Below, piece by piece: positions 41,701-54,400 of a stretch of DNA of 64,000 nucleotides. The notes under the pieces are model-generated. The model was not told the DNA's origin. It searched no databases and worked only from the letters and a program-made list of their open reading frames with translations. Positions within the stretch are counted from its first letter, which is position 1. Every line of letters starts with the position of its first letter. Source of the stretch: Vermamoeba vermiformis (taxonomy: Eukaryota); assembly GCA_045837725.1 (NCBI GenBank), contig JBEWZL010000002.1, forward strand, positions 1 to 64,000. The letters run 5' to 3'. The position numbers and the translations under genes were made by a program.

Positions 41701-41803
41701 TAGCGAGTGGGTCTTATTGGACACGATGAATGGCTTGCCGAAGAAGTTGAAGCTAAGATTATTGCCAAAAGTAGATAGGCAATCGTTGATGTACTCTTTT
41801 TAA
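38738..41803 (+). CDS. RCC1-repeat protein with Ser/Pro linker, coiled coil and C-terminal PB1/ubiquitin-like domain
   Basis: Seven YTWG..GQLG.G repeats across exons; coiled coil 41264-41545; C-terminal LEYFDEDFSEWVLL; stop at 41803. The start at 38738 is inferred. Confidence 0.85.
39977..40049 (+). tRNA. trnK-UUU: tRNA-Lys (anticodon TTT), located in an intron of the RCC1-repeat gene
   Basis: 73-nt cloverleaf: acceptor GCCCGCT/AGCGGGC, D-arm GCTC-AGTCGGTA-GAGC, anticodon arm CTAGG-CTTTTAA-CCTAG, T-loop GGTTCGAGCC. Confidence 0.97.
40055..40065 (+). terminator. RNA polymerase III poly-T terminator
   Basis: T11 run 5 nt downstream of the tRNA 3' end. Confidence 0.8.
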
Positions 41804-42124
41804 ACTCATAAACCCCTTTTTGCAAAAACATGATAATCCAAGCTTTTTAACAAAATTCAACGCTGGTCAAGTTGGTGAAGCGGTATGTTCGAACTAGATT
41901 GAAGAAATACAAATGATTAGTATTAATGGTAAAATTAAGTAATTTCCAGACGGTTATCAGGCTTATGTGAAGCGATGTGCGCTCAAATGTATTCGCCGTC
42001 TTTGGGAGATTGTATCGCAACGGGTTTATATAGCTTTATTTAAAGAAAAATATTACAACATAGGGCAATGTAATACAATGCAGTTAGATTCAATTCACAT
42101 TCGAATTCTTTCGATTCCCCGGAT

Positions 42125-42313
42125 CTAAACTTCGACTTGTTGTGAATTCACTTCAATTAGCTGTTCCGTATCTTCAGGTGTCGTTAAGTATATTCTATTG
42201 ATAACGGTAGTTTCTTTTGGCTTGTCGCCACAACAGCAGTCGATGCAGACAAAACAACCACCGCAGCAACAAATGAGAAAGGCAACCACCAAAAGAATGA
42301 CTACGAGGCTCAT
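42125..42313 (-). CDS. Small single-pass membrane protein with a Cys-rich juxtamembrane segment
   Basis: MSLVVILLVVAFLICCCGGCFVCIDCCCGDKPKETTVINRIY...; intronless 62-aa ORF in an otherwise gene-free interval. Confidence 0.55.
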   Translation of the reverse strand: MSLVVILLVVAFLICCCGGCFVCIDCCCGDKPKETTVINRIYLTTPEDTEQLIEVNSQQVEV

Positions 42314-42588
42314 TGTGTTCAATTGAACGTTTGAAAAAAATGTGAAGAATGGTTTTTTAGTACTGATTTTACGGTATGATTGGAGATTTGACCGGAGATT
42401 GCCCGTAAAGTTGAAACCGGATTAAATTGTGAACTGAAGAATTTCGGAACGTTCTTAAAAACTTTTGCGCTTCAAGTTATTATGACAGGAGGTTTAGATC
42501 TCCAAAGTTGCTGAAAGCAACAAATCTGATTAATTATTGATTCGGGCACACACGCACGATTAGTTATATTGCATCAAAGAAAGGCCTG

Positions 42589-42882
42589 AATGAACCTGCC
42601 GCTGGTAAAACTGCTTCGCCTTTTTTGCTCAATAAACCCGTTTTGGCCACACGACCCAGCCCTCCAAATCATCGTGTTTCATATTCAACTCGTTCTTTCG
42701 TTCTTTCAATCGAGGTCAATGCTTTTCAATGCCGTCCAAGTGCGCTAGACCAACCACGCCCACAACTTTTTGAGCGCCATTGCGGCTCATGTGATGCAGC
42801 GCGTTGATCATGTACAAATCTCGTTCATGAAGCGCAGTGCTTTGCTGACTTCGGGACAATTTCTGTCGAGAATTGCTGTCAC
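42589..42882 (-). pseudogene. Degenerate duplicate of the 3' end and 3' flank of the TraB gene (direct repeat of 46485..46775)
   Basis: Aligns by eye with 46485..46775 with scattered substitutions. It carries a 2-nt insertion (gaagCGcagtg vs gaagcagtg) that breaks the TraB frame. Confidence 0.9.
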
Positions 42883-43040
42883 GATAAGATTCTTCGAGCT
42901 ACGCTCCGCATAATCCTACGAGTAATTATTTTCATATTCGAATTACTTTTTTTCCGTCTTTCTATCGATTAATTTTATCAACTGTGAGTTAGATCGTATT
43001 CATTGATCCTTACTACAATCGCCATACGCGCCACTCTATC

Positions 43041-43128
43041 GCCTTTCCTTGCCTCGAACAGGGAAGGTGCCTTGCCTTTCTCAAAGCAAGGGAAGGCGCC
43101 GTGCCTTCTTCCACCGAGAAGGGAAGGC
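43041..43128. repeat. Three tandem ~27-bp imperfect hairpin units GCCTT-N-GGGAAGG(C/T)
   Basis: gcctttccttgcctcgaacagggaaggt, gccttgcctttctcaaagcaagggaaggc, gccttcttccaccgagaagggaaggc; ~90 bp upstream of the ATG at 43216. Confidence 0.7.
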
Positions 43129-43215
43129 CGTATTATTTTTTGCCGGAAATCACGGGTAGCGACGAAAAATTCTGTTGAAGTTGGAAGATCATTAGACCCG
43201 CCTTTATCATTAACA

Positions 43216-46200
43216 ATGGACAGTAAAACTATAGATCAGGTTACTTATAATGAGCTGCGAATAGAAGCAAAAAAGTTAGGAATACCAGCAAATGTAAGAT
43301 ATCGCGTTACTGTGAACTTCGCAGGCATTTAATTCGTAAAATTAAATAATAGGGAAAAAAAGAGCAATTATGGACGCGCGTTTTGGAGGGTAAACGTAAG
43401 TTTTAATTTAGAATTTCGTAATTAGGTTTGGGCTTTTACTAATACTATAATATTGCTACCTATTGTTTATAATATAATATTGCTAATTTTCTTTATTGCC
43501 CAAGCATTTTGAATTGAAATATTAATATGACTCTGGCAGAACGCAAGAGAAAGGCAGAGGAAGTCCCAGAAGAAGAACCGAAGACTAAAATTGCTAAATT
43601 ATCTCACGCAAAAGACACTAATAACGAAGACATCTCGTCAGCAAATAGCCAAGAAGTTTTCGAGGTAGTACCGCGCGATCTGAAGACCAAAGATCCGGAC
43701 CAATCAGAGGTCAAAACCGTAACTCGTACCACGGGAAATAATAATGCAGCAAGCTTTCGTGAAGCCATTCAGTACTTGTTGGCCGATCCAAAACTCAGCA
43801 GTGAGTAGACCCAGTTAATTAACGAATCAAGCCATTAATATTCCGCATTTTTAGCTCAAGACACCAAGAACGCCATAAAGAAGTTGACCATCGCTATTGA
43901 GAAATCAAGCGATCTCGTATATCAACAGGGCGTGTATGGCACGTGCTTAAAGGTACCTCTGCCTTTGAGAGAAACGCTCAAGTTTGAAAACTATTTCTCC
44001 GATGATATCGTCGGCACCGAGATCTACAACCAATTCGTCAACTTCGTGCAGGGATGTCAAGTGTCAACTCTATCAAAACAAACCTTACGCCTTGGAGCCG
44101 TCGTCCAAGGTATTGCCAGAACAATAATGCCGTGGTTCCTTTAGAATTCTAATTCACATTCTCAGTGAGCGGTTACGGCAAAACGCATTTGGCTCGCGTT
44201 TATACTCGTCACAACAAAGGGATCTACATCAAATTTTCTGAACGTCAGAGCGCTAGTTCGTTCTACAAAGCGATTAATACGACGATCAATGGTCTTCAAC
44301 AAAAGTATCTGCCTGCGGATATCGATAAACGCACAGGGGAAAATTACGTTGAATTTACGGAGATGGCTGGCCGAGCAGTTGAGATATTCTTTCTCGCTGC
44401 AATAGAGCACTACATCTACTTCTATCATATGAGTACGTCTTAACACTATACATAGCACTCTCTAACAGTTTACAAACAGTTTCAGAAAACAACACAGGGA
44501 AATTGCGGAAGCGGATGTGATCAAAATGTGCGCGCTTTTGTTCGATATTGGCTTTGCCGATCTTTTTCTGCTCCGTGTTAATGACTACTGGAAGAATATT
44601 GACAACGAGACTTGGTTTACATTGTGGAAAGGCAAAGTTCGCGATTTGGCTTCAGAGTTTGGTCTACGCGCTATTTTTTGTGACGAAGTCCATGCATTGC
44701 AATCATTGTATATTGGGCACTTCTGTCACACCTCACCGCCTCCTGTTTGGAACAGCGTAAGCTATGCTCACCCGTCCAATATCTACTAACTTAACATCAA
44801 TTCGCTAGAAATTGTGCGCCGATCGTGCTGCTTACGAGCAACACATTGTAATGTACCCTGAAGACAAGAACAGCGATCGATTCCATCCAAATGTTCGCAA
44901 CGCATACAAGAGGTTGATGACACTAACTTACTTGACTGTGGCAATGTTGGAGCACATATCTGAGTTTATTCAAATTGGAGTAAGTTTTATTTAAGAATTC
45001 TTTTTTGGTCTATTCTTATGATTGTTAATGTAGTGTATATTGTTGACAACTGATCATGTGGCAATTGACTACACAAGTGAAAACTCTCTTGCAACTCGAG
45101 ATCGGGCCACTATGCGTGAGTTCACGTTCACACGCAATGTCTGTTGAAGACGCTGCCCATTACAATGAGCTAATTCAAACACATTTTGGAATTGACTTGG
45201 ACACTTACTTGCAGACATTGCCTGATTACACTAGGATCAAAGAAACTTTGGGAAATCGTGCAGTGTACTTCAACTGGGCACTCTTTGCTGTAAGAATGTT
45301 TCATAGGCTAGACTTTCTTAACTTAATTATTACAGACACTTGTTGTTGCACAATGCTCCAAGCCAACAAACTTGAATGCTAATCTTCCAGACATTTGGCA
45401 AACAGCAGAAGAGTCAGTATTGATACAAGCAAATGATTTCCTTTTGCAGATGGAATTAAAGACAGAAGATGTATGTAACCAATTAGTAGATTAGTGCATA
45501 CTAACTGCTTGCAGGCCTTTAAAAAAGTTGTATATGCTGCATTGTATCATAATGGATACCTGCCAGACAATACATTGGTGACATCAAAAGAAATTGATAT
45601 TGGTTATCTCCCAGTTATCACAGAAAAAAGCATTGGTGGAGTTACCAGATATTACTTGACAGACTACTGGATGATCAAGCAGATCTCCAATACTGCTAAT
45701 AGGTCATTGCATCTGAAGGTACTGTGCTGTGAACAATTATACATTGACTAATGGTTGTTAGGCCCTTGAGCACAGGTACCATTTGGCCAAGGCTGATGGA
45801 CCACTGGGTGAGGATTCGAGGAAATTTATCATCATGACAAACCAAGGCAAGACATTCAGCGCTCTTGCTGTCAAAGGCTCAACATTTCACCAGAACTCCA
45901 TTGCACATCAATGTCGACTGCAAGTACTGTATGCTGCTGATGCATCAGAATTTGAGTTGAGTGAGATGGATGTGCTCACTAATCCCCACAAACACTTGAA
46001 GCATCGACTGGTCAAAGTTTGTGATACTGTCTGCCCTGATGGGCTTACTATTTCTGACTCTCCAGGTGGCTCTATCATTTCAGCATGGCAATCTAAGCAT
46101 TACTTGGAACGTTTGGATGCAGTTGCCATTGAGGAGGCACTCAAGTCATTGGACCCAACTACCTTCTTTCATCCTAACTCAAGTGCTAGAGCAGAGTGGG

Positions 46201-46459
46201 ATGCAATCAGGAAGGATACAGTGTGGCATGACAAATACATTCGGGTATGAGGTTAATTGAGACCTACAGGTAATGTAGTGTTCTAATTTTTGGTGTTCAG
46301 GTAATATGGGCTACTGACTTCACTGAATCAGCAATCTCTGCAATCAATAAGTACAATGATGACAGCACACACATCAACAGACCTATTGTCTTAATGTCAC
46401 ATGAGTTACTTCCTATAGAATTTGCTCGAAATTTTGGCCTGTTGTCGTGCATTGATTAA
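43216..46459 (+). CDS. SAP/HeH + Crinkler-type P-loop NTPase + C-terminal PD-(D/E)xK-like nuclease protein
   Basis: SAP-like VTYNELRIEAKKLGIPAN|GKKEQLWTRVLE; Walker A AVVQ|VSGYGKTHL; Walker B AIFCDEVHAL; nuclease-like CPDGL...AWQSKHY; ~12 exons joined by short GT-AG introns; stop at 46459. Confidence 0.7.
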
Positions 46460-46523
46460 TAGTGTACAATTAGTCGTTAATTTTAATGGCCTGCCACTGG
46501 AAATCTGACTCGCCTTTATGGTT

Positions 46524-48410
46524 TCAATTAACACGTTTTGGCCACACGATCCAGCCCTCCAAATCATCGTGTTTCATATTCAACTCGTTCTTTCGTTCTT
46601 TCAATCTAGTCCAATGCTTTTCAATGCCGTCCAAGTGCGCTAGACCAACCACGCCAACAACTTTTTGAGCGCCATTGCGACCCATGTGATGCAGTGCGTT
46701 GATCATGTACAAATCTCGTTCGTGAAGCAGTGCTTTGCTGACTTCGGGACAATTTCTGTCAAGAATTGCTGTTACTTTGCGCACTCGGCGTCTATTTTTC
46801 AACTTCTCGACTGCTGTTTTCAGGTGATCCCTAACAAGCAGATTAATATCTAACACGAAGTAGGTTGTTTAATAATATCGAGAAAAATCGAGAGTCTCAA
46901 GGAGCTTCGCGTTTCTGCAGGAGATCAAAAAAAGATCCTATCGAGATCAAAAAAGAAAAAGAAAGTGATTGCGTAACGTGCCTTCTGAGACATGATTCGC
47001 AGGAAAGCGCTGCAATCCTGCGAACCAATGTACGAAGTAAAAGCTGAGGCTTTAGCAGCGCTAGGCATTTTCCAGAGAAAATAAACGATGAAGCACAATT
47101 ACTTTAGCACTTTCAAGCTAGACACATAACATGCGATGCTATAGTAACTGACACTTTGGACAGGGGAGAAATTATTATGGTAGAAAATGCCCGGGCACGA
47201 AAAGTTACTAACTTTGCCGAAATTTCCGTCGGCAATTAAGTTCGTCAGACTCTGACGGTTTAAAGTAGCTAAGTGGATACCAATAATGCTTACTTTAGAT
47301 CCTCGTCGGTTGGCGGAGTATTGTTCCGCATATCCAAATCGTCTAACATCAGCTCACGCAGTTCGAGGGCTTCCGGATCCGTTGATGATTTGAGGAATCC
47401 TTTCAAAAGGGTCATAAACCCTGCCGACTGAGCCAAGCTATGCCTTGTAGCCTTAAAAAATTCATTAGAAGCAATGCGCGTACTGGAAAATTTTGATGGT
47501 CAAAAAGGTAAGGTTTGAAATTTGACTATCAAATTCTAGCGCTCTTATTTCTTACTTACAGCAACGCTCCTATCTCCTAATAGAATATTCGCGTTGATCT
47601 TTTCAGCCTCTTCCATCGCTACTGCGAATTCTTTGCCGGGTACGAAGCCTAGATCGCGCAGGTACGAATAGAACTTGCTTATTAAAGTCGTTAATAAATC
47701 TCCCGAGAAAAAGCTGCTAAATCCACTGCCTTGGTTGTGTTGAATAGGACTAAGCTGCTTGATAACGAAGTGTTTGTCTTGCAAGTGCACTTCTTGCTTA
47801 ATTTTAATGGCTCGTGCTTCATCTAATTCGACCTAGTTACAATAATAAGTCATACGTTATATATATTTATGATGCTTACCATTACGGTGTCAGGACGGAC
47901 TTTTTCAATGACCTGCTCGAAATTTAGATCCGCTCCGTACAAATTAAATTTGACTTACGTCTCGTGCTTCTTCAGCAGACTGCTCAGAAATATGCGCTGT
48001 ACCGACTATAAAGTACTAAACAAGAGTTTGGGTCAAATAGGGTGCAGATCTAGCTGTTTTTTGTCATTATGACGTCACTAAATCTTTTATGGCGCGAAGT
48101 ATGAAATGTGGGTATTTTTTAAAATAATATTCTGATGAATAGTTAACATAAGCGCTCGTCTTACCTCTGTTCCAGTGGTTGGATGTCGTAAATAAATTAT
48201 TCGACTGTCAGCACCTGGATCATTACGTTCCACGAGAAATTTAGACGGCTTATCATAGTAGTGATATCCTGAGTATTTTCTTTTTTGAGTCTGTATATTT
48301 TTTGTGTTGAGTAGAGGTGAAAACAGATTGGTCGCTTTGTTTCGTGCAGATGCAGCACGGCTCATTCGTGCCACTGACCTCCTGAGTCCTAAATTAAAGG
48401 TAGTATTCAT
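46524..48410 (-). CDS. TraB/PrgY family protein (TRABD-like) with a probable mitochondrial presequence
   Basis: LVGTAHISEQS, VMVELDEAR, PGKEFAVAMEEA, LGDRS, LLHERDLYM, VVGVVGLAHLDGI; Arg/Ser-rich N-terminus without acidic residues. Confidence 0.9.
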
Positions 48411-48520
48411 CAATATATTGCTATTGGTGTTGCTGTTTCTATATAAATTAAAAAGTGGAGCCGCGAGAACGGATTTGTATTTACAGGGACTTAATTATTC
48501 TACAATTTCGATTACATTCA

Positions 48521-49109
48521 CTACTTGAGTGCTTTATGGTGCGATGAATAATAAGATTCTTCGAGCTCATTTAAACCAAGGTCTATTTCTTTCTGTAGCC
48601 GTTCAATTTCGGATTCAGCTGCGATGGCTAATTGGTTGTAATTTTCTATTTTTTTGTTTGCGTCTTCTCGAATTGTTTTGAAGTCGTTAAGCGATATTGA
48701 GTGCTTTAATTCGGCTACTAATTTTAATAAAGCTTCTGCAGCGTTGATCTAAAAATCAGACTAAAGTTAGATGCGATAGATCGTCCCAGAATAATTTAAT
48801 AATTACCATATTTGACGATTGAACTTCTAATTGAAAATTTTCTCGTGTATTTTGCGGTCTATCATTCACCTGTAAAAAAATACAAAATTAATAATTCAGA
48901 TCTGGTTTTCTTCATTCCATAAAAATCTACAAATAATATGTTGCGAATAATTTAATTATGACCTATTTAATTCTTACATGAGCAGCACGTAACATGCCGT
49001 GGAAACTCTCCAACATCTGTTCGCAGCTGTCATCAATTCGTTTAGCATAATGATCCTTTAATCGTTGTAAAGTATCCGTTCGTTGAGGCGGGGGTGCATT
49101 TTTAGACAT
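48521..49109 (-). CDS. MED22: Mediator subunit Med22 (Srb6/SURF5)
   Basis: RIDDSCEQMLESFHGMLRAAH|V...FQLEVQSSNM|INAAEALLKLVAELK...LNDF...LNELEESYYSS; two introns. Confidence 0.88.
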
Positions 49110-49323
49110 ATTTAAATTAACACTATTGTTGCGGCTTGTGTTACACGTGGCGGGATCCAAAAAACAACATTTTTAGTGCTTGGCAATAATGTAATTGTAC
49201 TCTTTGCATTACATTTGCAACCACATATTATATTTTAGTGCGCCTATATTTAAAGCTTACTGGACAAACAAAGCGGCGGATCTTCCGTGATCACTCAGAA
49301 GTTACCGTTAAATTCAATTTAAT

Positions 49324-50683
49324 ATGGCCGAGATAAAGAAAAGAGACGTCGCTAATTTTACTGGAGGAGTCACTACGGACGATGGCAGACAATTATTCGG
49401 TCTGGATGCGGAGACGTATTTGAAGGTAAATTCAATTGCCTTTTCAATAAATTATAATTGTTTATTGGATTATACAATCGGTCATATTATTATACCTCAC
49501 CCAAATAATTTATTTCGATTTTTGTTTGCTATTATATGCCTATTTAATCGAGTTTTCTAGATCAAAGCGAAAGAAGATCCAAACAGAGAACGACGGCTGG
49601 GCGAATGGCTTGAAACATTCTTAGAAATTAAACTAGAAGACCCAGGAGACCTTCATGTCTCATTAAAGAACGGTATAATTCTTATAATGTAAGGGTCTTA
49701 AAATAGTCAAGTCCACATCCGTTCGTTAACTTTTACTCTCGATAGGCTAATGAATAAACTACGCCCTGGTATTATTGCAAAGTATAATCAAGAACAGCCT
49801 GGCAAGAAATTGCACGCTTTAGCTGAAACGGTACGTGGATCTGCTTCCGGGCAACAATATTAATCCACACGCGTGCTTTTTATCATTCACAAGTTGTCCT
49901 ATCGTCTGTATATCTAATGAGTATTACATAGGCTAATATTCAATTATATTTGCGTGCTTGCGAGAAGATGGGCATTTCGAAGAGTAATTTGTTTGATCCG
50001 TACGATCTGCATGCTCGTAGGAATATGCCAGCAGTAAGTAGATTATATCATATAGTTTCAGTATTATCACAAATTTAATCAAGAGGACAATATAACTTCA
50101 GTATTTGACTCGGATGAAATTCGTAACAGCATTTCTTCCGGATGTGGTTGGTTTACTAATGGTGTGATTAGGTGATGAATAATTTGGAAATAATGTCTAC
50201 ATTACGAGTATACGATGCTTCGAGTGGACAACTTCAGGCTCCTCAAACGAAGCTGGATGCACTTCCACCAAAAGAACGAACCCAGTCTAAAACTTGGAAA
50301 CAAGTTGAAACATCGCCTGCGATGGTAAATATTAATATAACAAGTATTATCAAGGTTATATAACGTATATATAATCAATTCTATTGTGCAGGTTCACGTG
50401 TCCCAAATTTCCGAAGATCAAGTTTACGAAGAGCTTATTCAAGCCAAGAAGGAATTGTATGAAATGCAACGCAAAAAAGGTATTTATAAAGGAAGTCAAT
50501 TTTTTGGGAAAAAAATGGATGCCGAGGCCAAAGAGAGGGGTACAAATTTCGGATGATGAAGGTCCTTCTATTGCCGAGGAAGAGACCGTCGTGGAGGGCA
50601 TTGCATTAATTGCACCGGCCTCGAAGAAACCTATTGGTTGGTTTAGAAGTTTGCTTAATGCTCTCTTCACTTTCTCTGGATAA
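49324..50683 (+). CDS. Calponin-homology domain protein (transgelin/IQGAP-like CH); 3' end uncertain
   Basis: LFGLDAE...RLGEWLE...LHVSLKNGIIL..LMNKLRPG...NIQLYLRACEKMGI...LFDPYDLH. The last exon stops at ~50556, or continues to 50683 in the +1 frame. Confidence 0.8.
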
Positions 50684-51432
50684 AGATGCCGATCCAGATC
50701 CATCCATAACTCTTTTTGTATTTTTAGATTTTTTGAAACTACGATATGATGTAATTACCGCGAAGTTGCAATGTAAAATAAATTAAAATTTAGAATATAC
50801 CTGGTGACAGCATTGGAAACTCCGAAAAACGTACGAAAAAACGGCGCCGCTTTCGTAAAAATATCCATCCGCGAGCTAAATATAGTACCGTTTTAAGGCG
50901 TATCTGTGGGAAAAGTCACGCGACCTGTGGCAAATGTGATTCATCCGCGATTTTTGCAAGCGTGATTGGATAATTTTCCGTTGTTTGTTTGGGAGGCTTG
51001 GGAAAACGGTCTGTTCATGTTGCAACTTGATGAAATAAGTCAATAGAGATCAGTGCATGCTATTATTTTTGTAAATAATGTTATGTTCATTGAGGGTAAG
51101 AAGATTAATAGCGAGATCCGATTTCTTACTTTTGTGTTGCAATTTTATCTGATAAATAATTTTTCAATTAAAAATGATGCTGCAAAAAATAATAGATAGC
51201 ATAATTAAGATACAAATTTAGCTGTAGATAATTATTTAAAGAAATTAAAGATTTTTTGGAATTACAGATCGAACCAATTAATTCAATCCCTTGCAACGAA
51301 GAGCGTACACGTTTTTCATTCTATAAAATAAGTATATTACTAATTACCTTAAACAGAAAACTATCGGTCCCGTGTCACGTTCCCTCTTACGAATCCGATC
51401 TGCGCGCCAACAAACCAGATGTGGCTCTAAGC

Positions 51433-54400
51433 TGTTCAACTCGACGAGAACAAAGAACGCAATGCGTTGCTATTCTATAGACACCCTGATGCAACACAAA
51501 GAGACGATGACAGGTACCAAAAATACTTTGTGTTCCCCAGGGATCTAATTCGATACCGTTCAGAGCCAAAAAAACCTGCGGAATTAAGTGATAAAATCTC
51601 AGAAATAGAAGGAATGATCGAAAAGCTCTATAATCAAGGCAGAATTAGAGGTCTTGCTTCCGGCATCCACTACGAAGTACGAATTTCGAGCTTTTGATCT
51701 GCGATCTGAAAACTTGATCCAACTTGGATTGATATTGACATCTCATCAGGGTGTCGACGTGCTTAAAACAGTCTTTGGCATGGCCGATGCCGACATGGAC
51801 GAGCCGGTATCACCTGACACCGTCTTCAGGTAACAAATTCACATTTTTGGATCGCAAAAATTTTTCTTCTAGAATCTCAAAATTATCTCGCGATGCAAAT
51901 AATATCCTATAAACTTTAAGTATACCCCTTGCAAATGCCAATTGTGATGTCTTACCGAGCTTCATTTTTGCAGAGTCGGATCCATTTCGAAAACAATGAC
52001 AGCAATCGGAGTTATGCAACTATGGGAGCAAGGAAAATTTAAATTGGACGATCCGGTCAATGACCACTTGAAGAGCTTTAAAATTGAAACAAAAGCCAAA
52101 TCCTCGCCGCCAGTCACTATCAAACACCTCTTGACCCATACGGCAGGTGCGGATCTAAATTTTAGTTAGCGAATATCTCGCGATTGCAATAAGATACAGT
52201 TGGAATATATAACAATGCACAAAATTATTGTTACGAGCGATCTCGTCAAGTGGAGCTGTAAAGGTCTACTAAATAGAACTTTCCATATTAGGAAAGTCGT
52301 TGCGGATCTGCTCCACCTCAGCTTGCCAACTTGATGTCTTAATATAGAACCGATACTAATTGCTATATATGTACAGGTCTAGGCCTCACTCGCAACATGA
52401 CGGACTACCTTCAGCTCACATCTGAATTTGGGCCGCAAGCACGAGGACCGCCCGCTAACACTAGCCGAGTATTACAACGGCAGACTAATTGCCCCACGAC
52501 GAGCAGGCGAAGATTGGTTCTATTCCAATCACGGCTACGCTGCATTAGGTAAAACAATTGCATCGGAGAAACGCGGATCCGTCGTGGTTCAGAAGTTTTG
52601 GATGTATTGCAGAACGTAATATTAACATGTATATATGACGTACTATAGGCCAACTTGTTGAAGACGTGTCAGGGCAGCCATTTGCTGAATACATGGTGCA
52701 ACACGTGTTCGAGCCATTAGGCATGCACAACACGGATTACAGACGCACGAATCGAATTCGCAATAAGCTAGCAATCGGTTATAAAGTCAAGCGAGGAAGG
52801 TTTAGTCCAGTAGAAGATTTAGAGATTATTCCCGCTGGTGCAGGTACGGATCTGTCAAAGGATCTCAAAAATTAAATTTCAATGAATCTCGATCGCACGA
52901 GCGAATCTAATTTCGATTTTGAGTTAATTTATATTCTGATAGGATCTGTGTATTCAAATCTCGATGACATGATGCTCTATCTCCATGTAAGTCCAAATTG
53001 AGGATCCGCGTAACAAATTTTTCTCCAGACATGGCGGCAGAGAATTAAATATAATTTTAGTTAGTATACCGAAATCTTTCATAAATTGATTAGATTTTGT
53101 CGATAGGCGTTGATAGGATACGGAGAAAATAAGTATGGACGAGTTCTTAAGGCAGAAACGATGCAGCTAATGTTCGCGCCGCAATTTTTCAAACATCCCT
53201 CGTTAGTTGCGATGGGCTTAGGGTTCATCATAGACCCTATTGGACCTCACAAAGCGATCATGCATAATGGCGGTACGTCCCTTAATCAATATTTGAGTCT
53301 ATATTTGGCTTTAAGCAATGTCTATAATTATCGCTGTGGTCGCATTAATTAACGCAAAAAAAAATTAATTTTTTTTTTGTACCACGTGTCTTGACAGTTC
53401 AATAAGGCAATCTTTATTTAATGAACATTGCGCAACATTAAATAGGGTCTTATTTCGCATGCTATAAGCTCAAGTTTTGATTTTTTTGTTAGGCTGGCCT
53501 GGATTCAGTTCGTCCATGTGGTTCGTACCAGAGCTTAGATACGGAATAATTATGTTTAGCAATGTCCTCAACGATCGATTGGATACTTTATGCAGACAGA
53601 GTAGTACGTACATAATTTAATCGATTTAACGGTCGTCGCGTCATTTTTATTGAATAAATTTTTGAAAGACCGGGATGTATCCGATTGTTCGCTAATCCCG
53701 CCGAAAACTATGCTAACAATTCCTCCATATAGTCTATACTATCGAAGGCTCCTCACCTGAACAGCATACAGTTGAGCCGAGTCAAGAAGATCGCGCGAGC
53801 TGGAAAGAGCTTATTGGATCTTACGTAGTGCCGAAGAACTCGCCTCTCGTCTTGAAACTACAGTTCATTCGTCGAGTACAGGTATGTGGTCGATATTAGT
53901 GCGCTATAATTGTCTGCCTAAAATTAGCCCAATTTATGAGCACAAAACGTAGTTTCGGAATTTTTCATGCGTAAATGCGAGTGACCTCAGAATGGGACCG
54001 CGTCTCAAAGTGAAATGGCTGGTCCCTTTATGATCATATTATCGATGTTGTATTGCCGCACAGAACCTCATTTCGGAATTTTTGTCCTTCGGCCCGTGCT
54101 ATGAAATTTGGTCCCGTCAAGCGAATTACGCTCGTTCGTATTCACTATGTTACTAGGTATACAGCGCTATTACCTTTTTAGCTGTTGACATGTCGTCTCA
54201 TTACTTAATATCCAATTTTGCGTTCTCGTACGTGACCGATTTGTCAGATCTGACATTACACGTGAAGTTACGGGAGTTATCGGTATGAGTAACCATAGTT
54301 ATATTGACATTGTATAGCGTATCTTTCTTAAGCTCAAGATAGCGTTATGCCACATAATCCCCGCAGTCACACAGCAACCGATTGAGTTTGGGGTTGGATC

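Noticed and set aside
42589-46775. Flanking direct repeats interpreted as LTRs
   Set aside because: The repeats are host TraB coding sequence, lack TG...CA ends, PBS and PPT, and the interior encodes no gag, RT or integrase.
53355-53379. A9-TTAA-T10 palindrome
   Set aside because: Low-complexity intronic homopolymers, expected by chance in AT-rich DNA.
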